Positions 14,077 to 23,652 of a DNA stretch of 64,000 bases are shown one piece after another. The position numbers and the translations under genes are program-made. The stretch is from Escherichia coli (lineage in GTDB: Bacteria > Pseudomonadota > Gammaproteobacteria > Enterobacterales > Enterobacteriaceae): NCBI RefSeq assembly GCF_003018255.1, contig NZ_CP027440.1. The stretch is one strand, 5' to 3'. The notes beneath the pieces were generated by a model. That model was not told where the DNA came from. It did no database searches and saw only the letters and a list, made by a program, of their open reading frames with translations. The first letter of the stretch is position 1; every line of letters begins with the position of its first letter.

Positions 14077-15786
14077 TTATTTCAGCGGCGAGTTTTTACG
14101 CTCAATGCTGTAACGCTCGAGTTCTTTGTACGGCACCACTTTGCTCTTCTTCTTACGCACATCGACCACGGTCATGCGGTCGGTACAGGAGTAGCAAGGG
14201 TCCAGGCTACCGATAATCAGCGGCGCATCGGAAACGGTGTTGCCGCGCAGCATGTAGCGCAGGGTCGGCCAGTTCGCGTAGGTCGCGGCACGGCAGCGCC
14301 AGCGGTACAGCTTCTGGTTGTCGCCGGTCATGCTCCAGTGGATATCGTCGCCGCGCGGCGCTTCGGCAAAGCCCAGCGCAAAACGGTGCGGAATGTAGGT
14401 AAAACCTTCTACCATCAACGGACCGCCCGGCAGGTTATCCAGACCGTAGTCGATCATGTTCAGCGCGGTATAGACCTCGTTGATTCGCACTTTCAGACGG
14501 GAAATAACGTCGCAGCCCTGCTCGCTGTGGACTTCCATTGGCAGCAGGCCATAACCGACAAACGGGTGATCGGCGCGAGTATCGCGGGCGTGACCGCTGG
14601 CGCGAACCATCGGGCCAACGTTACTGAAATCGCGGGCGATTTCCGGGTCCAGACGACCAATGCCGACGGTGCGCTGTTCCATGTTCGGTGTGCTCAGCAG
14701 CACATCCACCAGCTCCTGCACTTCACGACGCATCTGTTGTGCCAGATGGCGGGTCTGGATCATGTCGTCTTTCAGCAGATCGCGACGAATCCCGCCGATC
14801 AGGTTCAGGCCGTAGGTTTTACGTGCACCGGTAAGGATCTCTGCCATTTTCATGGAGGTTTCACGCACGCGGAAGAACTGCATAAAGCCGGAGTCGAAGC
14901 CGGTAAAGTGACAGGCGAGGCCGAGATTGAGCAGATGCGAGTGCAGGCGTTCCACCTCCAACAGAATGGCGCGGATCATCTGCGCACGTTCTGGCACCTG
15001 AATACCCATCGCGTTTTCCACCGACGTGGTGTAGGCGGTGCTGTGAGCAAAGCCGCAGATCCCGCACACACGGTCAGAGAGGAAGGTCACTTCGTTGTAA
15101 CCCATACGGGTTTCCGCCAGTTTTTCCATGCCGCGATGGACGTAGAACAGGCGGTAGTCGGCGTCGATAATGTTTTCACCATCGACAAACAGACGGAAGT
15201 GACCCGGTTCGTCAGAAGTGACGTGCAGGGGACCAATCGGCACGACGTTGTTTTTCTTGTCGCCCAGTTCGTTGATGAACTCGTAGGTTTCAGCATCGGT
15301 AGTCGGTGCCGGACGCTGACGATAATCCATGCTGTCTTTACGCAGAGGATAAAGTTCATCCGGCCAGTCATCCGGCAGCACCAGACGGCGTTCATCCGGC
15401 AGACCAACCGGAATCAAACCGTACATATCGCGCACTTCACGCTCGCCCCACACTGCCGCCGGAACGCGCGGCGTCACGGAAGGATACTCCGGTTTGTTGG
15501 CGTCAACTTCGACGCGCACCGTTACCCAACACTTAGTCCCCTTCTCCATCGACAGCACGTAATAAACGGCGTAATGACCATTCAGTTTGCGTTCGTCGTT
15601 ACCAAACAGCACCGACAGCCAGCCCCCCTGCTTGTAGTAGAGAAACTCCACCACTTCCGGCAGGTAGTTCACCTTCACGGTCACGGTCAGCTGATCTTTG
15701 GTCTGCCAGGCGTGGTCCAGCACGACGCCCGGAAATGCCTCATTCAGCGCGGCGAGATAATGTTGACCTAATTTTTCTTCAGACAT
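14077..15786 (-). CDS. hycE: Hydrogenase 3 [NiFe] large subunit
   Basis: ORF track frame 576 aa, start placed at MSEEKLGQHY (569 aa); N-terminal RxCGxC and C-terminal DPCxSCxDR nickel-binding motifs (DPCYSCTDR). Confidence 0.96.
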   Translation of the reverse strand: MSEEKLGQHYLAALNEAFPGVVLDHAWQTKDQLTVTVKVNYLPEVVEFLYYKQGGWLSVLFGNDERKLNGHYAVYYVLSMEKGTKCWVTVRVEVDANKPEYPSVTPRVPAAVWGEREVRDMYGLIPVGLPDERRLVLPDDWPDELYPLRKDSMDYRQRPAPTTDAETYEFINELGDKKNNVVPIGPLHVTSDEPGHFRLFVDGENIIDADYRLFYVHRGMEKLAETRMGYNEVTFLSDRVCGICGFAHSTAYTTSVENAMGIQVPERAQMIRAILLEVERLHSHLLNLGLACHFTGFDSGFMQFFRVRETSMKMAEILTGARKTYGLNLIGGIRRDLLKDDMIQTRHLAQQMRREVQELVDVLLSTPNMEQRTVGIGRLDPEIARDFSNVGPMVRASGHARDTRADHPFVGYGLLPMEVHSEQGCDVISRLKVRINEVYTALNMIDYGLDNLPGGPLMVEGFTYIPHRFALGFAEAPRGDDIHWSMTGDNQKLYRWRCRAATYANWPTLRYMLRGNTVSDAPLIIGSLDPCYSCTDRMTVVDVRKKKSKVVPYKELERYSIERKNSPLK

Positions 15787-15803
15787 GCTCAAACTCTCTT
15801 TAA

Positions 15804-16727
15804 TCACGCCGCCAGCAAGGAGACGAACGCTAAAAATGCAAAGCCAAAACCAGCCCAGGTAATGCGTGGAGTAATATCAAGACGCAAACGGGCCATGCTG
15901 TTTTCGAACAGCGCGATAACCAGTACGCCGACCACCAGTTTGACGATGGCAATCACCAGCGCCAGCAGCAGCCCACCGACGGTGAAGGTTTCCATTTGTC
16001 CCCACGGAATAAACACCCCGACGAACATCTGCAACACCACCAGCTGTTTCAGGCTGATGCCCCATTTCATGACGCCAAAGCCGCTGCCGCTATACTCAGA
16101 GAGCGGACCTTCCTGCAACTCCTGCTCGGCTTCCGCCAGGTCGAACGGCAGTTTGCCCATTTCGATAAAAGTGGCGAACGCACAGGCACAAAGCGCCAGC
16201 ACCAGCGGGATGCTCTGGCTCAGTGGCCAGTGATAAACGGTGTCGGTGATGTTGCTGATGTTGGTGGAACCGGCAACCTGTGCGGCGACCCACAGACCAA
16301 GCAGCAGCATCGGTTCAACCAACACGCCAAGCATCGCTTCACGGCTCGCGCCGATAGCGGTAAACGGGCTACCAGTATCCAGACCAGAAATGGCAAAGAA
16401 GAAACGCGCGATGGCGAAGAGATACAGTAAGGTGATCAAATCGCCCAGTTGCGGCAGCGGAGAGCCGACGGTCACCACCGGCAGCGCAGTGGCGATAGTC
16501 AGCATGACGCCCACCATCACATACGGCGTCAGGCGGAACACCCAGCCGGAGGCATCCGGGCCAACGCTCTGACGCCCCAGCAGTTTGATAATGTCGCGAT
16601 ACTCCTGCAACACGCCCGGCCCACGACGGTTATGCAAGCGGGCGCGCGCTACGCGGGTAATACCGGAGAGCAGCGGCGCAACGGCAAATAACACCAGCGC
16701 CTGAATTAACGGATATAAAACACTCAT
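15804..16727 (-). CDS. hycD: Formate hydrogenlyase membrane subunit (NuoH-like)
   Basis: ORF track 307 aa, hydrophobic multi-pass protein in hyc operon position. Confidence 0.94.
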   Translation of the reverse strand: MSVLYPLIQALVLFAVAPLLSGITRVARARLHNRRGPGVLQEYRDIIKLLGRQSVGPDASGWVFRLTPYVMVGVMLTIATALPVVTVGSPLPQLGDLITLLYLFAIARFFFAISGLDTGSPFTAIGASREAMLGVLVEPMLLLGLWVAAQVAGSTNISNITDTVYHWPLSQSIPLVLALCACAFATFIEMGKLPFDLAEAEQELQEGPLSEYSGSGFGVMKWGISLKQLVVLQMFVGVFIPWGQMETFTVGGLLLALVIAIVKLVVGVLVIALFENSMARLRLDITPRITWAGFGFAFLAFVSLLAA

Positions 16728-16729
16728 TC

Positions 16730-18556
16730 TCAGGCTCCTCGTGAAACAATAATCACCACCAGTACCGCCAGTTCAACCAGCGCCATCCGGCGGAACAGCA
16801 ACGCACTCCCCTCGCACTGCCAGCCCGGCACCAGCGACACCGGATTCAGCCATTTGCGTAGTTTCAGCACCGGCGCAAACGCCTGTTTCACCGGCATGGC
16901 AAAACCGTGAGCGGTAATCACCATTGATTTTTCATGATCGTAGCCGCACACCCAGGCCGCGCCGCGGGAACGCGACGGCAAACGATCGCCTTTGCAAATC
17001 GCCATAATGATGAATGGCAGCAGCGGGCAGGCAATCAGCAGCAACGTGATCATGGGTTGAGAAACGGTGGTGTTAGCAGGCTCCAGCGGCAGAGGTACAG
17101 CAGCAGAGAGCATCGGCAGTAGCCACGGCGCAGCAACACCGCCAATTACGCAGCAAATCGCCAGTGCCACTACGCTTACGCTCATCAGGAGCGGCGCACA
17201 GGTGGCGTTTTCGGCCTCTTTGGTACGCGGCGCGCCGAGGAAAGTAACGCCATAAACTTTCGCCATACACATCACCGCCAGCGCACCGGTAATTGCCAGC
17301 CCCACGGCGAGCAGCGGCCCGAGAAGACGGGCAACAAACGCGCCACTATTGCTCAGTTTGAAGAAGGATTGATAGATAACCCATTCCCCGGCAAACCCGT
17401 TCAGCGGCGGCAGCGCAGCCATTGCCATCAGCCCGACTAACATGGCGATGGAGATAACCGGCATTTTCTTGCCAATACCACCGAGTTTTTCGATATCGCG
17501 ATGACCGGTACGGAACCAGACGCTCCCCGCACCAAGGAACAGTACGCTCTTGAACAGGCTATGGTTAAGCAGATGGTACAGACCACCAACCAGACCAAGG
17601 GCAATCAGCGCCGGTTGTTCGAGCGCGATACCCGTTACGCCAGCGCCCAGCCCCAGCAGGATGATGCCGATATTTTCCAGGGTGTGGTAAGCCAGCAGAC
17701 GTTGGATATTATGTTCCATCAACGCATACAGACCGCCGACGAATGCGGTGATCATGCCGAGTACCAGCAGTGCGATCCCCCACCACAGCGGTGCATTACC
17801 GCCCAGTAGTGACAGAGTTAAAATGCCCAGCAGGCCAATTTTCATGACTACCGTGGAAAACAGCGCGGCAGCTGGCGCAGAGGCGTTGGCATGTGCCTGT
17901 GGCACCCAGCCGTGCAGCGGAATAATCCCGGCCAGCAGGCCAAAGCCAATCACACCGAGCAGCCAGATATCGGAACCGAGCGGCAGCTGTTGCATACGCA
18001 TATCCAGCAGGCGCAGATCCAGCGTGCCGTAACGCTGCCACAGCAGCCAGCAGGCAATCGCCAGCAGCAGAGTGCCAAGACGCCCCAGCGCAAACCACAG
18101 TTTGCCCTCTTTGCTGTTGCTGGTGAGGAACACCGCACACAGGGCCATGATTTCGGCCATTACCACGAACATGCCGAGGTTGCTGGCGATGACGGCGCAG
18201 ACGGCGGCAGCCATCAACATATTGATCTGCAAGCCGTTGCACTTCACCTGCGCGTGGCGATGCCAGTCAATGTTGTAGAGGCTGACAAACAGACCGCATA
18301 GGCCGAGCGTAATCAGCCAAATCGCATTAAGCGGAGAGATTTGCACATCGTAGCTTACCAGCGACAGCGCACCGCTCACGCCAACCGCGCCAGTCAGCAC
18401 TGTGAAGCCCGCGGCTGCCGTATACAGGCTACCAACCGCGCCGCCAATTCCGGCTATCCAGCCGCTTAGCGCCTTTTGAAAAGAAAAGAGAAATGCCAGA
18501 ACAGCGGCGGCGACAAACCACGCCACGCCGCTATTGATCAGGGAAATTGCGCTCAT
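16730..18556 (-). CDS. hycC: Formate hydrogenlyase membrane subunit (NuoL/antiporter-like)
   Basis: ORF track 608 aa, highly hydrophobic, operon position. Confidence 0.94.
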   Translation of the reverse strand: MSAISLINSGVAWFVAAAVLAFLFSFQKALSGWIAGIGGAVGSLYTAAAGFTVLTGAVGVSGALSLVSYDVQISPLNAIWLITLGLCGLFVSLYNIDWHRHAQVKCNGLQINMLMAAAVCAVIASNLGMFVVMAEIMALCAVFLTSNSKEGKLWFALGRLGTLLLAIACWLLWQRYGTLDLRLLDMRMQQLPLGSDIWLLGVIGFGLLAGIIPLHGWVPQAHANASAPAAALFSTVVMKIGLLGILTLSLLGGNAPLWWGIALLVLGMITAFVGGLYALMEHNIQRLLAYHTLENIGIILLGLGAGVTGIALEQPALIALGLVGGLYHLLNHSLFKSVLFLGAGSVWFRTGHRDIEKLGGIGKKMPVISIAMLVGLMAMAALPPLNGFAGEWVIYQSFFKLSNSGAFVARLLGPLLAVGLAITGALAVMCMAKVYGVTFLGAPRTKEAENATCAPLLMSVSVVALAICCVIGGVAAPWLLPMLSAAVPLPLEPANTTVSQPMITLLLIACPLLPFIIMAICKGDRLPSRSRGAAWVCGYDHEKSMVITAHGFAMPVKQAFAPVLKLRKWLNPVSLVPGWQCEGSALLFRRMALVELAVLVVIIVSRGA

Positions 18557-19164
18557 TTAGCCTCTCCACTTTGAGCCTGCTGAAACAAGGTGAGATCGCC
18601 AAAATCCGTGTTAAAAGTCAGCTCACGCTTACGTTTGCTGACGCGGGCGATATCGGTGTTATCCACCAGATGCAGGGCTTTAGTCGGGCACATCCGCACG
18701 CAGGCCGGACCTTGTTCATCAAAGCTACAAAGGTCACATTTGACGGCGATCGCGCGAATACCTGGCACCCAGTCAAGCAATGTGCTGACACGCGCCGGAG
18801 CAGGCGGTGCCGGTGGCGCTTTCGGGGTATTGGCGTTTGCCGGAATATCCAGCGGACGGCTGCCGGAAAATTCAATTGCGCCAAACGGGCAGGCGATGCC
18901 GCACAGTTTGCAGCTTACGCACAGACTTTCATTCAACTGCACGGCCCCATCAACGCGGGTGATGGCGTTAACCGGGCAAACCACCGCACAGGGCGCATCT
19001 TCACAGTGGTGACAGAGCTGCGGCGCAGATTCTTTTTCATTGAGCATCACTCGCAGGCGCGGCATTGATTGCAGGCCGTGCTGGCGATGCGTCTCTGAAC
19101 AGGCGGCCTCACAGGTGTGGCAGCCGATACAGAGCGTGGAGTCAGCAATTACAAAACGATTCAC
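18553..19164 (-). CDS. hycB: Formate hydrogenlyase 4Fe-4S ferredoxin subunit
   Basis: ORF track 203 aa; four CxxCxxCxxxCP ferredoxin motifs. Confidence 0.95.
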   Translation of the reverse strand: MNRFVIADSTLCIGCHTCEAACSETHRQHGLQSMPRLRVMLNEKESAPQLCHHCEDAPCAVVCPVNAITRVDGAVQLNESLCVSCKLCGIACPFGAIEFSGSRPLDIPANANTPKAPPAPPAPARVSTLLDWVPGIRAIAVKCDLCSFDEQGPACVRMCPTKALHLVDNTDIARVSKRKRELTFNTDFGDLTLFQQAQSGEAK

Positions 19165-19183
19165 CAGGCATTCCTCAGGTGAT

Positions 19184-19247
19184 TGTCATTTTTGACGAAA
19201 ACATGCCGATGAAATGTCATTTTCGACACTCATCGACACGCCCATCC
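19184..19247. promoter_or_regulatory. FhlA-type upstream activating motifs in the hycA-hycB intergenic region
   Basis: TGTCATTTTTGACG and TGTCATTTTCGACACTCATCGACACG; same motif family as the site at 19861-19888. Confidence 0.65.
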
Positions 19248-19288
19248 CCAAACAGGCGTAACGCCTGCAAAACGGGCAAAGCCTCAGC

Positions 19289-19750
19289 TCATGCTGCCGG
19301 GCTTTGTCCCTTTACCAGTTGGCTTAAATTCACCGGCACATTGTTTTCAATGGCGGTGTATAAGCTGTCGTAAACGCCAGCGATTTTTTCGAGATAGTGT
19401 TCCAGAACCTGTTCGCGATCGCGGATGTTGACCTTGCCATCAATCATGCCGTCAATGCTCAGTTGCGCCTGCGCAATCCGCTGTTTGTCTTCACCATCTT
19501 TTGTTTCGACGTAATACTCGATGGTGTGGCTGTTAAAGCCATCCGCCAGGGTGACGTAAATACGAAAATGTTCAAAAAGGACGAAACAGAGTTCTTTGTC
19601 CGGCGCGCAGCTCATGGCGTGATGCAGGCGCGCTTTCGATAACGTGATTCCCTGAACCAGCGAATTGCAGTAGATGTGCCACTGGTCCTGTAGGCGACGA
19701 TGCCGCTGTGCGATGTAATCGGCTTTCTCGCTTATTTCCCAAATAGTCAT
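19289..19750 (-). CDS. hycA: Formate hydrogenlyase regulatory protein HycA
   Basis: ORF track 153 aa (MTIWEISEKADYIAQRHRRLQDQWH...); first gene of hyc operon, divergent from hypA. Confidence 0.94.
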   Translation of the reverse strand: MTIWEISEKADYIAQRHRRLQDQWHIYCNSLVQGITLSKARLHHAMSCAPDKELCFVLFEHFRIYVTLADGFNSHTIEYYVETKDGEDKQRIAQAQLSIDGMIDGKVNIRDREQVLEHYLEKIAGVYDSLYTAIENNVPVNLSQLVKGQSPAA

Positions 19751-19786
19751 TGTCAGGTTACCCGTTTAACAGAGATGCCAGCTTTA

Positions 19787-19802
19787 AGCATTTTTTGTGC
19801 CA
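19787..19802 (-). promoter_or_regulatory. sigma54 promoter of the hyc operon
   Basis: Reverse complement reads TTGGCACAAAAAATGCT (GG-N10-GC) about 40 nt upstream of hycA start. Confidence 0.8.
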
Positions 19803-19860
19803 ACTTTTAATTTATTGTTATTAAAGCGATTTTTAAGCTAAAGATGAATTTCGTCGCCGT

Positions 19861-19888
19861 GTCGACGTGTCATTTCGACATCATCGAC
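19861..19888. promoter_or_regulatory. FhlA-type upstream activating sequence between hycA and hypA
   Basis: GTCGACGTGTCATTTCGACATCATCGAC, repeated TCGAC half-sites. Confidence 0.7.
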
Positions 19889-19915
19889 ATTATTCACCGC
19901 AGGGATAATCAACAC

Positions 19916-19931
19916 TGGCACAATTATTGCT
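19916..19931 (+). promoter_or_regulatory. sigma54 promoter of the hyp operon
   Basis: CTGGCACAATTATTGCTT (GG-N10-GC) about 30 nt upstream of hypA ATG. Confidence 0.8.
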
Positions 19932-19961
19932 TGTAGCTGGCAATAGTTAATGGGAGGCGAT

Positions 19962-20312
19962 ATGCACGAAATAACCCTCTGCCAACGAGCACTGGAATTG
20001 ATCGAACAGCAGGCCGCAAAACACGGCGCAAAACGCGTAACTGGGGTCTGGCTCAAAATTGGCGCATTTTCTTGTGTCGAAACCAGCTCTCTTGCCTTTT
20101 GTTTTGATCTGGTTTGCCGCGGCAGCGTGGCGGAAGGTTGTAAACTGCACCTCGAAGAACAAGAGGCCGAATGCTGGTGTGAAACATGCCAACAGTATGT
20201 GACGCTACTGACCCAGCGCGTCCGCCGCTGTCCACAGTGTCATGGTGACATGCTACAGATTGTGGCAGACGACGGTTTACAGATTCGGCGGATAGAAATA
20301 GACCAGGAGTGA
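19962..20312 (+). CDS. hypA: Hydrogenase nickel-insertion protein HypA
   Basis: ORF track frame 120 aa; start placed at MHEITLCQRALE (116 aa); MHE N-terminal nickel site and two CxxC zinc motifs. Confidence 0.95.
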   Translation: MHEITLCQRALELIEQQAAKHGAKRVTGVWLKIGAFSCVETSSLAFCFDLVCRGSVAEGCKLHLEEQEAECWCETCQQYVTLLTQRVRRCPQCHGDMLQIVADDGLQIRRIEIDQE

Positions 20313-20315
20313 GCG

Positions 20316-21188
20316 ATGTGTACAACATGCGGTTGCGGTGAAGGCAACCTCTATATTGAGGGTGATGAACATAACCCTCATTCCGCGTTTCGTAGCGCGC
20401 CATTTGCCCCGGCGGCACGCCCGAAGATGAAAATCACCGGCATTAAAGCGCCTGAATTTACCCCCAGCCAGACTGAAGAAGGCGACCTGCATTACGGTCA
20501 TGGCGAAGCGGGCACTCACGCGCCGGGCATGAGCCAGCGTCGGATGCTGGAAGTCGAAATTGACGTGCTGGACAAAAATAACCGTCTGGCTGAACGCAAC
20601 CGCGCGCGCTTTGCTGCCCGCAAGCAACTGGTGCTCAACCTGGTTTCCAGCCCTGGTTCCGGTAAAACCACCCTGCTGACGGAAACTTTAATGCGCCTGA
20701 AAGACAGCGTTCCGTGCGCGGTTATTGAAGGTGACCAGCAAACCGTGAACGATGCCGCACGCATTCGCGCTACCGGCACCCCAGCGATTCAGGTGAACAC
20801 CGGTAAAGGCTGCCATCTTGACGCACAGATGATTGCCGACGCCGCGCCGCGCCTGCCACTGGACGATAACGGTATTCTGTTTATCGAAAACGTCGGTAAC
20901 CTCGTTTGCCCGGCCAGCTTCGATCTCGGTGAAAAACACAAAGTGGCGGTGCTTTCCGTTACCGAAGGTGAAGACAAACCGCTGAAATATCCGCACATGT
21001 TTGCCGCCGCCTCGCTGATGCTGCTCAACAAAGTTGACTTGCTGCCGTATCTCAATTTCGACGTTGAGAAGTGCATCGCCTGCGCCCGTGAAGTCAATCC
21101 AGAAATTGAAATCATCCTTATTTCCGCCACCAGCGGCGAAGGGATGGACCAGTGGCTGAACTGGCTGGAGACACAGCGATGTGCATAG
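20316..21188 (+). CDS. hypB: Hydrogenase maturation GTPase / nickel metallochaperone HypB
   Basis: ORF track 290 aa; N-terminal [10 protein letters not shown] metal-binding motif, P-loop GSGKTTLL. Confidence 0.96.
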   Translation: MCTTCGCGEGNLYIEGDEHNPHSAFRSAPFAPAARPKMKITGIKAPEFTPSQTEEGDLHYGHGEAGTHAPGMSQRRMLEVEIDVLDKNNRLAERNRARFAARKQLVLNLVSSPGSGKTTLLTETLMRLKDSVPCAVIEGDQQTVNDAARIRATGTPAIQVNTGKGCHLDAQMIADAAPRLPLDDNGILFIENVGNLVCPASFDLGEKHKVAVLSVTEGEDKPLKYPHMFAAASLMLLNKVDLLPYLNFDVEKCIACAREVNPEIEIILISATSGEGMDQWLNWLETQRCA

Positions 21189-21451
21189 GCGTTCCCGGCC
21201 AGATCCGCACTATTGACGGCAACCAGGCGAAAGTCGACGTCTGCGGCATTCAGCGCGATGTCGATTTAACGTTAGTCGGCAGCTGCGATGAAAACGGTCA
21301 GCCACGCGTGGGCCAGTGGGTACTGGTTCACGTTGGCTTTGCCATGAGCGTAATTAATGAAGCCGAAGCACGCGACACTCTCGACGCCTTACAAAACATG
21401 TTTGACGTTGAGCCAGATGTCGGCGCGCTGTTGTATGGCGAGGAAAAATAA
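21179..21451 (+). CDS. hypC: Hydrogenase maturation factor HypC
   Basis: ORF track frame 99 aa; start placed at MCIGVPGQI (90 aa), conserved N-terminal Cys2. Confidence 0.94.
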   Translation: MCIGVPGQIRTIDGNQAKVDVCGIQRDVDLTLVGSCDENGQPRVGQWVLVHVGFAMSVINEAEARDTLDALQNMFDVEPDVGALLYGEEK

Positions 21452-22572
21452 TGCGTTTTGTTGATGAATATCGCGCGCCGGAACAGGTGATGCAGTTAAT
21501 TGAGCATCTGCGCGAACGTGCTTCACATCTCTCTTACACCGCCGAACGCCCTCTGCGGATTATGGAAGTGTGTGGCGGTCATACCCACGCCATTTTTAAA
21601 TTCGGCCTCGACCAGTTGCTACCGGAAAACGTTGAGTTTATCCACGGTCCGGGTTGCCCGGTGTGCGTACTGCCAATGGGTAGAATCGACACCTGCGTGG
21701 AGATTGCCAGCCATCCGGAAGTCATCTTCTGTACCTTTGGCGATGCCATGCGCGTACCAGGGAAACAGGGGTCGCTGTTGCAGGCAAAAGCACGCGGTGC
21801 CGATGTGCGCATCGTTTACTCGCCAATGGATGCGTTAAAACTGGCGCAGGAGAATCCAACCCGTAAAGTGGTATTCTTCGGCTTAGGTTTTGAAACCACC
21901 ATGCCGACCACCGCCATCACTCTGCAACAGGCGAAAGCCCGCGATGTGCAGAATTTTTACTTCTTCTGCCAGCACATTACGCTTATCCCGACGCTGCGCA
22001 GTTTGCTGGAACAGCCAGATAACGGTATCGACGCGTTCCTCGCGCCGGGCCACGTCAGTATGGTTATCGGCACTGATGCCTATAATTTTATCGCCAGCGA
22101 TTTTCATCGCCCGCTGGTGGTCGCTGGTTTCGAACCCCTTGATCTACTGCAAGGCGTGGTGATGCTGGTGGAGCAGAAAATAGCGGCCCACAGCAAGGTA
22201 GAGAATCAGTATCGTCGGGTGGTACCGGATGCCGGTAACCTGCTGGCGCAACAGGCGATTGCCGATGTGTTCTGTGTCAACGGCGACAGTGAATGGCGCG
22301 GCTTAGGCGTGATTGAATCTTCTGGCGTGCACCTGACGCCGGATTATCAACGATTCGATGCCGAAACACATTTCCGCCCGGCACCGCAGCAGGTCTGCGA
22401 TGACCCGCGTGCGCGTTGTGGCGAAGTCTTGACGGGCAAATGTAAGCCGCATCAATGCCCGCTGTTTGGTAACACCTGTAATCCTCAAACCGCGTTTGGT
22501 GCGCTGATGGTTTCCTCCGAAGGAGCGTGCGCCGCGTGGTATCAGTATCGTCAGCAGGAGAGTGAAGCGTGA
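21451..22572 (+). CDS. hypD: Hydrogenase maturation factor HypD
   Basis: ORF track 373 aa; conserved CGxH, GPGCPVC and C-terminal Cys motifs. Confidence 0.95.
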   Translation: MRFVDEYRAPEQVMQLIEHLRERASHLSYTAERPLRIMEVCGGHTHAIFKFGLDQLLPENVEFIHGPGCPVCVLPMGRIDTCVEIASHPEVIFCTFGDAMRVPGKQGSLLQAKARGADVRIVYSPMDALKLAQENPTRKVVFFGLGFETTMPTTAITLQQAKARDVQNFYFFCQHITLIPTLRSLLEQPDNGIDAFLAPGHVSMVIGTDAYNFIASDFHRPLVVAGFEPLDLLQGVVMLVEQKIAAHSKVENQYRRVVPDAGNLLAQQAIADVFCVNGDSEWRGLGVIESSGVHLTPDYQRFDAETHFRPAPQQVCDDPRARCGEVLTGKCKPHQCPLFGNTCNPQTAFGALMVSSEGACAAWYQYRQQESEA

Positions 22573-23579
22573 ATAATATCCAACTCGCCCACGGTAGCGG
22601 CGGCCAGGCGATGCAGCAATTAATCAACAGCCTGTTTATGGAAGCCTTTGCCAACCCGTGGCTGGCAGAGCAGGAAGATCAGGCCCGTCTTGATTTGGCA
22701 CAGCTGGTAGCGGAAGGCGACCGTCTGGCGTTCTCAACCGACAGTTACGTCATTGACCCGCTGTTCTTTCCTGGCGGTAATATCGGCAAGCTGGCGATTT
22801 GCGGCACCGCCAATGACGTTGCGGTCAGTGGCGCAATTCCGCGCTATCTCTCCTGTGGCTTTATCCTCGAAGAAGGATTGCCGATGGAGACACTGAAAGC
22901 CGTAGTGACCAGCATGGCAGAAACCGCCCGCGCGGCAGGCATTGCCATCGTTACTGGCGATACCAAAGTGGTACAGCGCGGCGCGGCAGATAAACTGTTT
23001 ATCAACACCGCTGGCATGGGCGCAATTCCGGCGAATATTCACTGGGGCGCACAGACGCTAACCGCAGGCGATGTATTGCTGGTTAGCGGTACACTCGGCG
23101 ACCATGGGGCGACTATCCTTAACCTGCGTGAGCAACTAGGGCTGGATGGAGAACTGGTCAGCGACTGCGCGGTGCTGACGCCGCTTATTCAGACGCTGCG
23201 TGACATTCCCGGCGTGAAAGCGCTGCGTGATGCCACCCGTGGTGGTGTAAACGCGGTGGTTCATGAGTTCGCGGCAGCCTGCGGTTGTGGTATTGAACTT
23301 TCAGAAGCGGCACTGCCGGTTAAACCTGCTGTGCGCGGCGTTTGCGAACTGCTGGGACTGGACGCCCTTAACTTTGCCAACGAAGGCAAACTGGTGATCG
23401 CCGTTGAACGCAACGCAGCAGAGCAAGTGCTGGCGGCGTTACATTCCCATCCATTGGGAAAAGATGCGGCGCTGATTGGCGAAGTAGTAGAACGTAAAGG
23501 TGTTCGTCTTGCCGGTCTGTATGGCGTGAAACGAACCCTCGATCTACCGCACGCCGAACCGCTTCCGCGTATATGCTAA
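22569..23579 (+). CDS. hypE: Carbamoyl dehydratase HypE
   Basis: ORF track 336 aa; PurM-like fold, C-terminal ...PRIC. Confidence 0.95.
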   Translation: MNNIQLAHGSGGQAMQQLINSLFMEAFANPWLAEQEDQARLDLAQLVAEGDRLAFSTDSYVIDPLFFPGGNIGKLAICGTANDVAVSGAIPRYLSCGFILEEGLPMETLKAVVTSMAETARAAGIAIVTGDTKVVQRGAADKLFINTAGMGAIPANIHWGAQTLTAGDVLLVSGTLGDHGATILNLREQLGLDGELVSDCAVLTPLIQTLRDIPGVKALRDATRGGVNAVVHEFAAACGCGIELSEAALPVKPAVRGVCELLGLDALNFANEGKLVIAVERNAAEQVLAALHSHPLGKDAALIGEVVERKGVRLAGLYGVKRTLDLPHAEPLPRIC

Positions 23580-23652
23580 TAAAATTCTAAATCTCCTATA
23601 GTTAGTCAATGACCTTTTGCACCGCTTTGCGGTGCTTTCCTGGAAGAACAAA

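Noticed and set aside
14338-15771. 477-aa plus-strand ORF antisense to hycE
   Set aside because: Lies entirely inside the strongly supported hycE gene on the opposite strand; His/Gln/Val-rich low-complexity translation typical of antisense frames in GC-rich coding DNA.
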